Assembly: GCA_963718375.1 (NCBI GenBank)
Contig: CAVQZD010000005.1
Coordinates: 186,614-250,613 of the forward strand
Direction: 5' to 3'
DNA length: 64,000 nucleotides
Origin: an uncultured Actinomycetes bacterium
GTDB taxonomy: Bacteria; Actinomycetota; Thermoleophilia; RBG-16-64-13
The position numbers and the translations under genes were made by a program. The notes under the pieces are model-generated. The model made no database searches and had not been told where the DNA came from. It worked only from the letters and a program-made list of their open reading frames with translations. Below, one piece after another: positions 8,975-19,168 of this stretch. The stretch's first letter is position 1; each line of letters starts with the position of its first letter.

Positions 8975-10419
8975 TTGTCCGCAAATAGGCGTGACGTACT
9001 CATCTTGGTCGTGGTGGCGATCCTTCTGGGGGTCATGGCGTACTTTGCCTTCCCTTTGTCGAACACCAACCTCGGTCTCGACCTGCAGGGTGGACTGGCA
9101 GTCACCCTGGAGGTGTCAGAGAAGGATAAGGCGACGAACGATGCGTCCGCATTGTCGGACAAGCTGGACCAGACCGTCGCCGTCATCCAGACTCGGGTCG
9201 AACGCGCTTGGTGTGTCGGAGCCAGAGATCCGAAGGCAGGGCGAGTATCAGATCAGCATACAGTTGCCGGGCATCGAGGACCCTGAGCGGGCGCTGGAGA
9301 TAATCGGCAAGACCGCCATCCTGCAGTTCTATCCTGTGGCGGACTTCGGAGAGAGCTACGCAAGCGCGGACGAAGCTCTAGCCTCCGTGAACGCGGACAG
9401 CGTTGATGAACTACCTGAGGGGACCGAACTCATCTACTGGCCGGCCGACGAGAACGCGACAGGCGCGGCCGACCGGTACTACATAGTCGAGACAGAGGCG
9501 CCGGTAGACGGCTCCATGTTGAAAGACGCCGATTTCGACAGCCAGGGACCCAACGGTACCTATCGGGTGACGATGGAGTTCAACGACGAGGGTTCACAGG
9601 GCTTTGCGGATACTGACGAAGGAATTGGCGGACATCGGGGTGGCGACCGGCGTGACGCAGCAGCTCGCGATAGTGCTGGATGGCACGGTCCAGTCTGCGC
9701 CGACGGTCAACGAGGAGATCGCGGGTGGGAGCGCAGAGATCACCGGCACGTTCACACTTCAGGAGGCAAAGGAACTGGCTCTGGTGCTACAGACCGGCGC
9801 GCTGCCTCTGACCATGGTGCCGGTAGCCCAGTACTCGATAGGCGCGACCCTGGGCAGCAACGCTCTGCGGCAGGCCCTGATCGCGGGAGCCGTGGGATTG
9901 CTCCTGATCATGGTGTTCATGATCGCCTACTACAGACTGCTGGGCCTAGTGGCCTCCGTGGCACTGATCATCTATGGGGTGTTGTTCTTGGGGCTCCTGA
10001 ACGCGATCGGTGCGACTATGACCTTGCCAGGCATAGCAGGCATCATCTTGACTTTTGGCATGGCGGTGGATGCCAACGTGCTGATCTTTGCGCGGATGCG
10101 AGACGAGGTGGCGGCGGGTAAGACCGTCGGGGCGGCTACAAGCGCCGGCTTCAAGAAGGCCTTCAGGGCGGTCGCCGACTGCAACATCACCACCATGCTG
10201 ACGGCGGTTGTACTGTTTGCCACTGCTACGGGTGGTGTCAAAGGCTTTGCCCTGACACTCCTCATAGGGGTTGCACTCTCGTTTCTTACGGCCGTGGCCG
10301 TGACGAGGTCGATGCTCAATCTTCTTATCCAGTGGCGTCCATTCAGGAACCTGAAGCTGCTCGGCCTGCACGTGCCAAAGAACAAGATGGCCCAGACTGA
10401 CGAGGGAGGTCGGTCATGA
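8975..10419 (+). CDS. secD: Protein translocase subunit SecD, disrupted by two single-base frameshifts near 9197-9206 and 9604-9612
   Basis: The three track ORFs 8975..9286 (frame 2), 8910..10121 (frame 3) and 9604..10419 (frame 1) together give a collinear SecD: N-terminal TM, LGLDLQGGLAVTLEV, IQTRV[N]ALGVSEPEIRRQGEYQISIQLPGIEDPERA, then ILTKELADIGVATGVTQQLAIVLDG and the C-terminal 6-TM bundle. Confidence 0.88.
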
Positions 10420-11481
10420 GGGTCTATCACTTCATGCGCTACAAATGGTGGTTCCTTGGCTCACTGACCGCCGTGACCATCTTCGCGTTCCTGGCCATCT
10501 TTGTGGTGGGGCTGGAGTTCGGTATCGACTTCAAGGGGGGCGTACGGATAGAGTTCACGCTGCAGACGGAGGCGAGCGTCGACGATATCCGAGGAGTCGT
10601 CTCAGATGCTGGGGTGATGGAGCCGGTGGTGCAGTCGGTGGGCACCGTCGAATCAGGCACTACCTTCCTGGTGACGGCAGATGCGATGAGCGATGCGCAG
10701 GTCGAGGCGATCGGTGCGGCGCTGGCTGCTGACTACGGTCTGGACAAGGCGGCAACGGGGGTGGAGAGGGTCGGGAGCCAGCTTCGGTGAGGACACTACG
10801 AGAAATGCTTTTATCGCTGTCGCCATAGCGATCGTGTTCATCGTCGCCTACATGTGGTTCAGATTCGGCCTCAAGTTCGCCATACCGGCCATCCTGGCTC
10901 TGATACATGACGTGGGTCTATCGCTCGGCATATATGCGGTCTCGGGCAGGCTTGTCACAGCCGCGACCGTGGCGGCGATCCTGACCATCCTGGGCTACTC
11001 AGTGCACGACACGATCATCGTCTACGACCGCATGCGCGAGAACACCCCCCTCATGAAGAAGGAGACCTATGGCGATATGGTGGATCTATCGATCCGCCAG
11101 ACCATGGGCCGCTCCATCAACACCACGATCGCCCTCTTGCTGCCCCTGCTGGCTATTCTTTTCTTCGGAGGCCCGACCCTGAGGGACTTCGCCATGGCGC
11201 TTACTATCGGCGTGATAGCGGGTACATACTCCTCGTTCTTCGTGGCGGCGCCACTTGTGACGATCTGGAAGGAGAGGGAGCCGCAATTCAAGAAGCGCCT
11301 CGCGGCCGCAGGCGCGGGTACCGGAGACGTGGGCTCGACGCCCGCCTCCGGCGTGACAGGGGATGCGGGCATGACGCCGTCTTCTCCGAAGGACACCGGC
11401 GGCACGAAACCGGCGCGAGAAGGCGGGACGTCCAAGTCTGCGAAGGCTGGATCATCCAAGGGGCGCTCGAAGAGGCGGTAG
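10416..11481 (+). CDS. secF: Protein translocase subunit SecF with a Lys/Gly/Ser-rich C-terminal tail. One frameshift near 10771-10782.
   Basis: ORF 10416..10790 (GIDFKGGVRIEFTLQ...) ends VERVGSQLR*. The frame-1 ORF continues ASFGEDTTRNAFIAVAIAIVFIVAYMWFRF...GYSVHDTIIVYDRMREN. One extra base fuses them. The ATG overlaps the secD stop (ATGA). Confidence 0.87.
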
Positions 11482-11514
11482 AACCGAGCTACGCCCCGAC
11501 GAGAGGAGGAGTCT

Positions 11515-11904
11515 GTGGCTGAGAACGCGGACAGCAAGTCCGATCAGTCGACTGAGACCGGCACCCAAGGTCTCAAGGAGCTGGTTGAGAGGGTGTTCAT
11601 GGCGGGGATGGGAGCAGCCGTCATGACTAAGGATCGCATCCAGGATCTGGTCGAAGAGCTGGTAGGCAAGGGACAGCTCAACGCCGACGAAGGCCGAGAG
11701 GTAGTTGACAAGTTGGTGGCGCGGAGCCGTGAAGAGGCGCGCACCATTCTGAAGAAGGCCGATTCGTCTCTGCAGAGCGCGTATCGCGGATTGGGCCTGA
11801 GCTCGAAGCAGGATCTGGATGAGATCGGCCTCCGCATGGAACAGCTGGAGCACAGGGTAAGACTGCTCGAGGGGCAAGCGGACGACAGCGGACCGAAGGC
11901 CTAG
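11515..11904 (+). CDS. Small coiled-coil protein, phasin-like (polyhydroxyalkanoate granule-associated family); function unknown
   Basis: 129 aa; KELVERVFMAGMGAAVMTKDRIQDLVEELVGKGQLNADEGREVVDKLVARSREEAR is typical of the phasin/TIGR01837-like helical family. GAGGAGGAG RBS precedes the GTG. Confidence 0.5.
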   Translation: MAENADSKSDQSTETGTQGLKELVERVFMAGMGAAVMTKDRIQDLVEELVGKGQLNADEGREVVDKLVARSREEARTILKKADSSLQSAYRGLGLSSKQDLDEIGLRMEQLEHRVRLLEGQADDSGPKA

Positions 11905-11947
11905 TCGGCCGGACTACTGGGCGCCTGTGTGACCAGGCCCTGCTCGG

Positions 11948-13640
11948 TTGGGGAGGGGAATGGAGACACCGCAGATCAGGCACCCGAGCTCCGTCACCAG
12001 ACTTCGAAGTCTGGAGCGGATGCGCGAGATCAGTGCGATCGCCGTCAAGCACGGCTTCGGCTACTTCTTCGAGCGCCACAGACTGCAGACGCTGCGTCCA
12101 CTGAGTAGGAAGCGTCCGCAGATGCCGGCGCAGCGTGGCCGACATGTGCGTGAGATGTTGGACGAGCTGGGACCCACGTTCGTGAAGTTCGGCCAGGTGC
12201 TCAGCACTCGCCCCGATATCATCCCCAAGGACATGCTGGACGAGCTGGTCATGCTCCAGGACAGGGTCTCGCCGATACCATTCACCGCGGTCGAGCAAGT
12301 GGTCAAGCAAGAGCTTGGCCTGAGCGTGGACAGGGTGTTTGAGAGCTTCGAAAGGGAGCCTCTGGCGTCGGCTTCTATCGGCCAAGTGCATGGAGCGGTC
12401 CTCCCTGGTGGCGAGAGGGTCGTGGTCAAGATACAGAGACCTGAGGCGGGCAAGGTCGTCCGTAGAGACATCGACCTCATGCTGCAGCTGGCTGAGGTCT
12501 TGGAGCACCGGGTCGATTTGGGCTTCTCGGGGGCCGCAGTGGTGCACGAGTTCTCACGCTCGATAAGCCGGGAGCTCGACTACGGACTCGAGGCGCGCAA
12601 CGCATCTCGTTTTGCCGTCAACCTGAAGGACAACGAGAACGCAGTCGTCCCGAAGGTGTACCCGAGCTACTCCACCACGCGGATGCTCACGATGTCTCGC
12701 ATCGATGGGCCCAAGCTGAATGCACCAGAGGTGGCCGCGCTTCCGGCCGATGAACGCAAGCTGCTCGCCGGGAACATCGCAGAGTGTTGGTTCCGGCAGG
12801 TGCTGGACGACGGGTTTGTCCACGCTGATCCACATCCGGCTAACCTCGTGTACCTGGGCGAGGGCAGGTTCGGCATCCTGGACTTCGGCATGACGGGCAC
12901 CTTGAGGTCCGGCGATCTGGAGCAAGGGACACGGCTCTTCAGGGCGGTGTTGAAGTCTGACCTGCCGGGGACGAAACGTGCCCTCAAGGGGCTGGGACTG
13001 CAATGGCCCCCCTCATCGGACGACCTCGTGACGGAGCTGATCGAAGAGAACTTCAGTCGATACTTCGGGGTTTCCGTGAAGGACGTCGATGCCAACGCCC
13101 TCTTCCACGATGTCTTCGATGCCATCTACTCGCTTCGTCTGCGATTGCCCACAAGGTTCATGATGCTCGACAAGGCCGCGATCACGCTGGAGGGCGTGGT
13201 GAGCCAGATTTCCCCGGAGCTCAACCTGTTCGACGTCGCGCGGAGGCTGTCGGCGTGACTTCCGCGCCAGGCTGGCTGACCCGCGTAGATTGGCAGCCCG
13301 AGTAGAACGACGGTTGATCGGAGTACGCCGTATATGATCGCCGACTACCCGGTGATGCTCCACGACATGATGGAGGAGATCAGGTCCGGGGAGCTTGGAG
13401 ATCAAGTATCGTCACACCGGTCTGGAGGACGTCACGCACCGCCTGGATCTCGTGATGAACCGCCTGGTGGTCGCTCTTGTCTCCATCGGGTTGGGCGCTA
13501 CAGGTACCGCCGCAGCCATCATGATCACGGAAGGGCCGCAGGTCGCCGGCATCTCGGTCTGGGGCCTGCCGGGGATCCTCGGGTCGCTGTTCTTCGGAAT
13601 CTGGCTGATCTGGGCGATCATGCGTTCGGGAAGGCTGTGA
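11948..13640 (+). CDS. ubiB: UbiB/ABC1 (AarF) family atypical protein kinase. The C-terminal ~120 codons are broken by about three frameshifts (13255-13420).
   Basis: GPTFVKFGQVLSTRPDIIPKDMLDEL...ASIGQVHGAV...VVVKIQRP...HADPHPANLVYL...GILDFGM is the ABC1 kinase core, intact to 13258. The C-terminal membrane-anchor segments continue in ORFs 13003..13305, 13334..13690 and 13395..13640 (EIKYRHTGLEDVTHRLDLVMNRLVVALVSIGLG...IWLIWAIM). Confidence 0.8.
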
Positions 13641-13692
13641 CAAGTCCAACGCTGTCTTCGCATGAAGAGCGTCCGCCCCGGCCGGTATAGTT

Positions 13693-16223
13693 GTGCAGAT
13701 GATGGACGCCTCAGCCCTCAGTGACGAAACGACCTGGTCGGTCAACCCGTGTTCTTGGCGGGATGCCGCCAAGATCGCGGCTGAGCTGGAGATACCGCAG
13801 GTTGTCGGCATGGTCCTAGCTGGGCGAGGGCTTTGCGACGCGTCGTCGGCTCGCCGATTCCTCGAATGCAGCGCCCCTCTACCTGACCCGTTTCTCTTCG
13901 AGGACATGGCGGGGGCCGTGGCCGCCGTGCTGAGCGCCGTTGACGAACGACGCAAGATAGTGGTGCATGGTGACTACGATGCCGATGGAGTCACCGCGAC
14001 GGCTTTGATGGTCGGTGGTCTGCGAGCCCTGGGGGCCGAAGTCGACTGGTACCTACCCACTCGCTTCAAGGAGGGTTACGGTCTGTCGGCTGCCGCTGTA
14101 GATGCCATAGCCGACGGTGGTGCCAGCCTGCTGATCACAGTCGACTGTGGGGTCAACTATCCGGCAGAGGTGGCTCTGGCGCGGCAGCGCGGACTAGAAG
14201 TAGTGGTGGTAGATCATCACCAGCCAGGGCCGACCCTACCGGAATGTCACGTGATTCATCACAGCCGCGGTCAATACCCTGACGGTGAACTCTGCGGCGT
14301 CGGCCTAGCCCTGAAGGTACTGCACGCGATACACATGAGGCGGTTCGGCGCTGAGCCCGGCACTTTGCCTGCAGACCTCGCGTCGTCACTCGACCTTGTG
14401 GCAATCGGCACGGTCGCTGATCTCTCGGCTCTGCGCGGCGAGAACAGGTACTACGTGAGGGAAGGGCTGAGGCTTCTGAATCTTGGGCAGCGCGTGGGTC
14501 TGAGGGCCCTCTCTGAGGTGTCGAGCTGCGCGGGTTCCATTGACTCTGGCGCTATCGCCTTCAGACTCGCACCCAGGCTGAACGCGGCGGGGCGTCTTGC
14601 CGACGCCACGCCACCTCTGCGACTTCTCCTCACTCAAGATGAACGGAGAAGCGAGACGTCTGGCTGCGGAGCTGCACGACATGAACGGCCAGCGACAAGA
14701 CCTGGAGAGGACGATGTTCGAGGCGGCCCAGCGCCAGGTCAGCGCTCTGACGACACTGCCGACAGTGTTGGTTCTAGCGGGTACCGACTGGCACGAGGGT
14801 GTGGTCGGCATAGTCGCATCCCGGATGGTGGATCTCTATCAACGTCCCACAATAATGCTGTCCCTGCACGACGGGGTGGCGAAGGGCTCGGGCCGAAGCA
14901 TACCGGCCTATGACCTGCTACGATGGCATCGACGCGAATGGGGCTCTCCTAACGGTGTATGGAGGTCATGCGCAGGCAGCCGGTCTAACGATGAAGGCCG
15001 AGTGTCTGGAGGACTTCCGCATGGGGATGGAGCAACACGCATCGTCTGTGCTGTCAGCGGCAGACCTTGTGCCGCGCTACCGAGCGGACGCCGTCATCAC
15101 CAGCGAAGAGCTGGGCGATGACACTGCGCGGGCTCTAGCCATGCTTGAGCCATTCGGTAGCGGCAATCCGCGCCCTCGCTTGATGGTCGTCGACGCAGTG
15201 TTGCAGAAAGCTGAGCCGACCAGGAACGGCCTACATCTCAGATGCACGGCGCAGGTCGGCGGGGTGCGTATTCCCGCGATAGGCTTTGGGATGGGGCACA
15301 GGTCAAACCAGATGGATGGCAGGCATGTATGCGTCGCCGGGGCGCAACTCAAGGCGGACGAATGGCGGGGGGCATTGCGGCCGCAGCTCATCCTCGAGCG
15401 CGTGGCCGCGTTGGGGCCGACCGTTGACGAGGGGCGCAAAGAGGTGTGTGTAGAGACCGGCATGGCGCCCGCGGCGGGCGCATGGGGCCAGAAGGAGTCT
15501 GGTTCTGCCGCCTTGCAGTGGCCGCGATCCGCGCGCGATCTTCGCGACCGACCCGGGCGATTGACCGCCGTGGCGCAAGTGCTCGCCAGTGGGGAATCGG
15601 TGGTGATGTTCACCATCTCGAGCGCAAGGACTCTAGAACTCTTGAGCGAGCGGTTGCCTATGCACGTCTTGGCCGGGGCGCAGCCGGTGTGCGTCAGGCC
15701 GGGACCCGACACGGTAGATGAAGAGGCTCTCCAAACAGCGAGGCTGACTCTAGTCGAGTGGGGGGCCGCTGCGGATGTCATTGGGAGGCTTGAGGATCGA
15801 GCGCACGTCGTGGTCTTCGACCCGCCTTATCGCAGAGACCAGGCGCTTGCCGTCTCGACTCTGGGTGTGGGGGGGGCCACACTGCATCTTCTGTACGGAG
15901 AGGCGGAGCGCAGAGAGTCCGCGGCGCTATTGCGATACTTGGTGCACCCACGTTTTGCGATGGTCTGCATGTACAACGCGATGCGTTCGGGGGCTGAGAG
16001 GGGAGACGGTGGCATAGTGCAAGGGGCCCGGACACTTGCCTGGGCACAGGCCCGGGTGGAGCTGGGGCCGGGAGAGTGGTGCAGGTCGCAGACCATACTC
16101 AGTGAACTCGGTTTGGCCACTTCGTCAGGAGGAAAGGCTAAACTGGATGCGCGGGCGATCCCTGCATATCAGGCTGCAGAAGCTGACTACGAGGAGTGTG
16201 TTAGGACTTGCCTGACCCTCTAA
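13693..16223 (+). CDS. recJ: Single-stranded-DNA-specific exonuclease RecJ with a ~270-aa C-terminal extension. Two frameshifts (about 14638-14650 and 14908-14922).
   Basis: DHH domain (VVHGDYDADGVTATAL, ITVDCG, VVVVDHHQ) in ORF 13693..14913. DHHA1 (EARRLAAELHDMNGQRQDLE...LVLAGTDWHEGVVGIVASR...GSGRSIPAYDLL) is in frame 2. The remainder (CYDGIDANGALLTVYGGHAQAAG...) is in frame 0, running to 16223 with no stop. Confidence 0.85.
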
Positions 16224-18484
16224 AGATCTCACGGCCATCGGCAGGCAAGAAGACCGGCAAGCCCGCCGAAGCATCCGGCTCCGCGTCGGAGGCCTCCAAG
16301 CTACTCCAGGAACTCCTGCAAAAGGTCGAATCGTACAACCCGTCGTTCAACCGCGAGCAGGTAGAGAGAGCGTTTGAAGTCGCGGAGAAGCAGCACTCGG
16401 GGCAACTGAGGGCCAGTGGTGAACCCTACGTCAACCATCCACTGGGCACGGCGCTCATCTGCGCTGAGCTGAGGCTGGATACCCCGACCCTGATGGCCGC
16501 GCTCCTGCACGACGTCGTCGAAGACACGGGCATGCCCATCGACGCGGTCCGCGAGGAGTTCGGGGAAGAGGTCGCCCTCCTTGTAGACGGCGTGACCAAG
16601 CTGTCGCAGTTGGCCTTCACCACTGCGGAAGAAGAACAGGCGGAGAACATCCGGAAGATGGTCATCGCGATGGCCAAGGATATCCGGGTGATACTGATCA
16701 AGCTGGCTGATCGGCTGCACAACATGCGCACCCTCAGCTACTTGGGTAAAGACAAGCAGATCAACAAAGCTAAGGAAACGCTGGAGATCTACGCGCCTCT
16801 CGCGCATCGACTCGGCATCGAGTCGATACGGTGGGAACTGGAAGATCTTGCGTTCGCGACTTTGCACCCGCGCAAGTTCGCAGAGATCCAACGGATGGTG
16901 GCCCAAAGACGCGCGGACCGTGAGCGCGACATGGAGGATGCTAGGGGCACCCTGATCGAAGAGTTACAGGGCTTCCACATCGACTCTGACATCGTCGGCC
17001 GTGCGAAACACTTCTACTCCATCTACGACAAGATGGTCCGCAAGGGCAAGGAGTTCAACGAGATATTCGACCTCATCGCTCTGCGCGTGCTGGTCGACTC
17101 GGTGAAAGACTGCTACGCAGCCCTGGGGATCATCCATTCACTGTGGAAGCCTCTGCCAGGACGTTTCAAGGACTATATCGCGATGCCCAAGTTCAACATG
17201 TATCAATCGCTACACACGACTGTGATCGGGCCTCATGGCAAGCCTCTGGAGATCCAGATACGCACTCGCGAGATGCACGAGACAGCTGAGTACGGCATCG
17301 CCGCCCACTGGATGTATAAAGAGAAGGGTGAACGAGCCGGCAAGGCGGCGGACCCGCAGAGCGAGCGATTGCTGTGGCTGCGACAGATCATGGACTGGCA
17401 ATCGGAGACCAAGGATGCGGGCGAGTTCATGGAGTCCTTGAATATGGACCTCCTCAAGGACGAAGTCTACGTATTCACGCCGAAGGGCGAAGTGAAGAGT
17501 CTGCCGGCAGGATCGACCCCTGTCGATTTCGCATACGCAGTGCACACTGACGTGGGCCACCACTGCATCGGTGCGAAGGTCGACAATCGGATGGTTCCGC
17601 TGACCTACAAGCTCCAATCGGGTGACATCGTCGAGATACTGACGTCCAGGGCGTCTCAGGGTCCATCCCGCGACTGGTTGCAGACGGTGCAAAGCTCCGG
17701 TGCTCGAAACAAGATCAGGCAGTGGTTCAAGCGCGAAAGACGTGAAGACGCTGAGCATCTGGGCAAGGAAGCTCTGCTGGAGGCGTTCCGCAAACAGGGA
17801 CTGCCGGCTCAGAGGCTCATGTCTTCTGAACTGCTGACCAAGGTGATGAAGGAGACCAATCACACCAAGCGTGAGGACTTCTTCGTGGCCTTGGGCACGG
17901 GCGCCCTGAGTGCTCAGCACGTAGTCACCAGAGTGATCCACGGTCTGAACACGGAGAGCGAAGCTGCGACGTCGACACTGCCTACCGGTGAGACGGTGGG
18001 CGAGGACGACGGCAAGGCCGGCATGTCGTCGAGCGAGTTGGGCATCCAGGTCGACGGAGTGGGCGACGTCGCCGTGCGCATCCCGCACTGCTGCCGTCCC
18101 GTGCCAGGTGACGACGTGGTCGGGTATATCTCGCTGGGCCGCGGAATAACCATACACAGACGCGATTGCCCAAACTTGAAGGCGTTGGAGAAGAACCCCG
18201 AACGCCTCGTGAGCGTGTCATGGGACCCGCTTGGCAAGATGCCACTGCGGGTGGAGATCCAGATCGAGGCCTACGATCGCAACCGGCTGCTGGAGGACAT
18301 CTCTCGCACTCTTAGCGAGAGTGGGATCAGCATCATCGGCGCGCAGATCACCACCGCCCGGGACAACATGGTCAAAGACAGATTCGTCTTTGAGGTCCCC
18401 AACATCGACTACTTGGAGACGGTCCTTCAGCACATCCGACGTATTGACACAGTCTACGACGCCTACAGGGTCACCCCGAACTAG
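16208..18484 (+). CDS. relA: Bifunctional (p)ppGpp synthetase/hydrolase (RelA/SpoT homolog)
   Basis: 758 aa with an HD hydrolase domain (HPLGTALI...LLHDVVEDT), synthetase domain (FDLIALRVLV...YQSLHTTVIGP), TGS (GDIVEIL) and C-terminal ACT. Intact. Confidence 0.95.
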   Translation: MPDPLKISRPSAGKKTGKPAEASGSASEASKLLQELLQKVESYNPSFNREQVERAFEVAEKQHSGQLRASGEPYVNHPLGTALICAELRLDTPTLMAALLHDVVEDTGMPIDAVREEFGEEVALLVDGVTKLSQLAFTTAEEEQAENIRKMVIAMAKDIRVILIKLADRLHNMRTLSYLGKDKQINKAKETLEIYAPLAHRLGIESIRWELEDLAFATLHPRKFAEIQRMVAQRRADRERDMEDARGTLIEELQGFHIDSDIVGRAKHFYSIYDKMVRKGKEFNEIFDLIALRVLVDSVKDCYAALGIIHSLWKPLPGRFKDYIAMPKFNMYQSLHTTVIGPHGKPLEIQIRTREMHETAEYGIAAHWMYKEKGERAGKAADPQSERLLWLRQIMDWQSETKDAGEFMESLNMDLLKDEVYVFTPKGEVKSLPAGSTPVDFAYAVHTDVGHHCIGAKVDNRMVPLTYKLQSGDIVEILTSRASQGPSRDWLQTVQSSGARNKIRQWFKRERREDAEHLGKEALLEAFRKQGLPAQRLMSSELLTKVMKETNHTKREDFFVALGTGALSAQHVVTRVIHGLNTESEAATSTLPTGETVGEDDGKAGMSSSELGIQVDGVGDVAVRIPHCCRPVPGDDVVGYISLGRGITIHRRDCPNLKALEKNPERLVSVSWDPLGKMPLRVEIQIEAYDRNRLLEDISRTLSESGISIIGAQITTARDNMVKDRFVFEVPNIDYLETVLQHIRRIDTVYDAYRVTPN

Positions 18485-18535
18485 CCTCCTCCTGTGCCCA
18501 GAAGCCCCAGAGACGCTCTGGTAGAATCTCTCGTC

Positions 18536-19168
18536 ATGAACATGCTGTGCATTCCCGTTGGACCTCTGCAGGCGAACTGCTACCTACTGTGGGACGAGAA
18601 CGCACGGGCCTGCGCAGTCGATCCCGGGGGAGAGCCCGAACGGCTGGCGGGCATCTTGGACGAGCGGGGCCTCGCGCTGGAGGCCGTGTTGGTCACTCAC
18701 GGCCATTTCGACCACATCGAAGGTGCAGCGGCACTTTCGCGGGCCACCGGGGCCGCGGTGTACTGCACAGAGACAGTGGTGCCGGTACTGACGGGTGCTG
18801 AGCAGTGCTCGGCAACTGGTCTGCCTGTCCCGGCGGCAGGGTCGGCAGTGACTACCGTGACGGACGGCTCCGTGGTGCGAGTGGGGGCACTGACAGCTAG
18901 AGTCATCGCCACGCCTGGCCACACTCCCGGAGACGTGACCTACGACATCGACGGCGCCTTGTTCTGTGGGGATCTTCTGTTTCGTGGCTCCGTGGGGCGG
19001 ACAGACTTCCCCGGAGGAGACTTCGGCGTATTGTTGGCATCGGTAAGGCACTTGGTGGAGACGTATCCACCCGAGACACGAGTCTATCCAGGGCACATGG
19101 AGGCTACGAGTCTGGGGCGGGAGATAGAGCAGAATCCCTTCTTGGGGGGGTTGCGAACCGGTGGGTGA
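18536..19168 (+). CDS. MBL-fold metallo-hydrolase (hydroxyacylglutathione hydrolase-like)
   Basis: NCYLLWDE...VLVTHGHFDHIEGAA...TPGHTPGDVTY...FPGGDF metal-binding motifs. The upstream GTG at 18494 is also possible; the homolog sits next to hisS as in mycobacteria. Confidence 0.85.
   Translation: MNMLCIPVGPLQANCYLLWDENARACAVDPGGEPERLAGILDERGLALEAVLVTHGHFDHIEGAAALSRATGAAVYCTETVVPVLTGAEQCSATGLPVPAAGSAVTTVTDGSVVRVGALTARVIATPGHTPGDVTYDIDGALFCGDLLFRGSVGRTDFPGGDFGVLLASVRHLVETYPPETRVYPGHMEATSLGREIEQNPFLGGLRTGG

Noticed and set aside
8910-10121. 403-aa ORF with a Gly/Arg/Asp/His-rich tail that looks like a novel low-complexity protein
   Set aside because: It is the out-of-frame continuation of secD created by the frameshifts; the middle third is genuine SecD and the rest is wrong-frame translation.
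6598-14925. Programmed ribosomal frameshifting or another recoding mechanism as an explanation for the clustered frameshifts
   Set aside because: Shift sites show no slippery heptamers or downstream pseudoknots, and they include both +1 and -1 directions. They sit at arbitrary positions, several in homopolymeric G/C runs. Sequencing or assembly error is far more parsimonious.
15800-15830. A DPPY motif in the RecJ C-terminal extension as evidence for a fused N6-adenine methyltransferase
   Set aside because: A single tetrapeptide with no motif I (FxGxG) or other methyltransferase signatures. It is retained only as a remark in the RecJ-extension finding.
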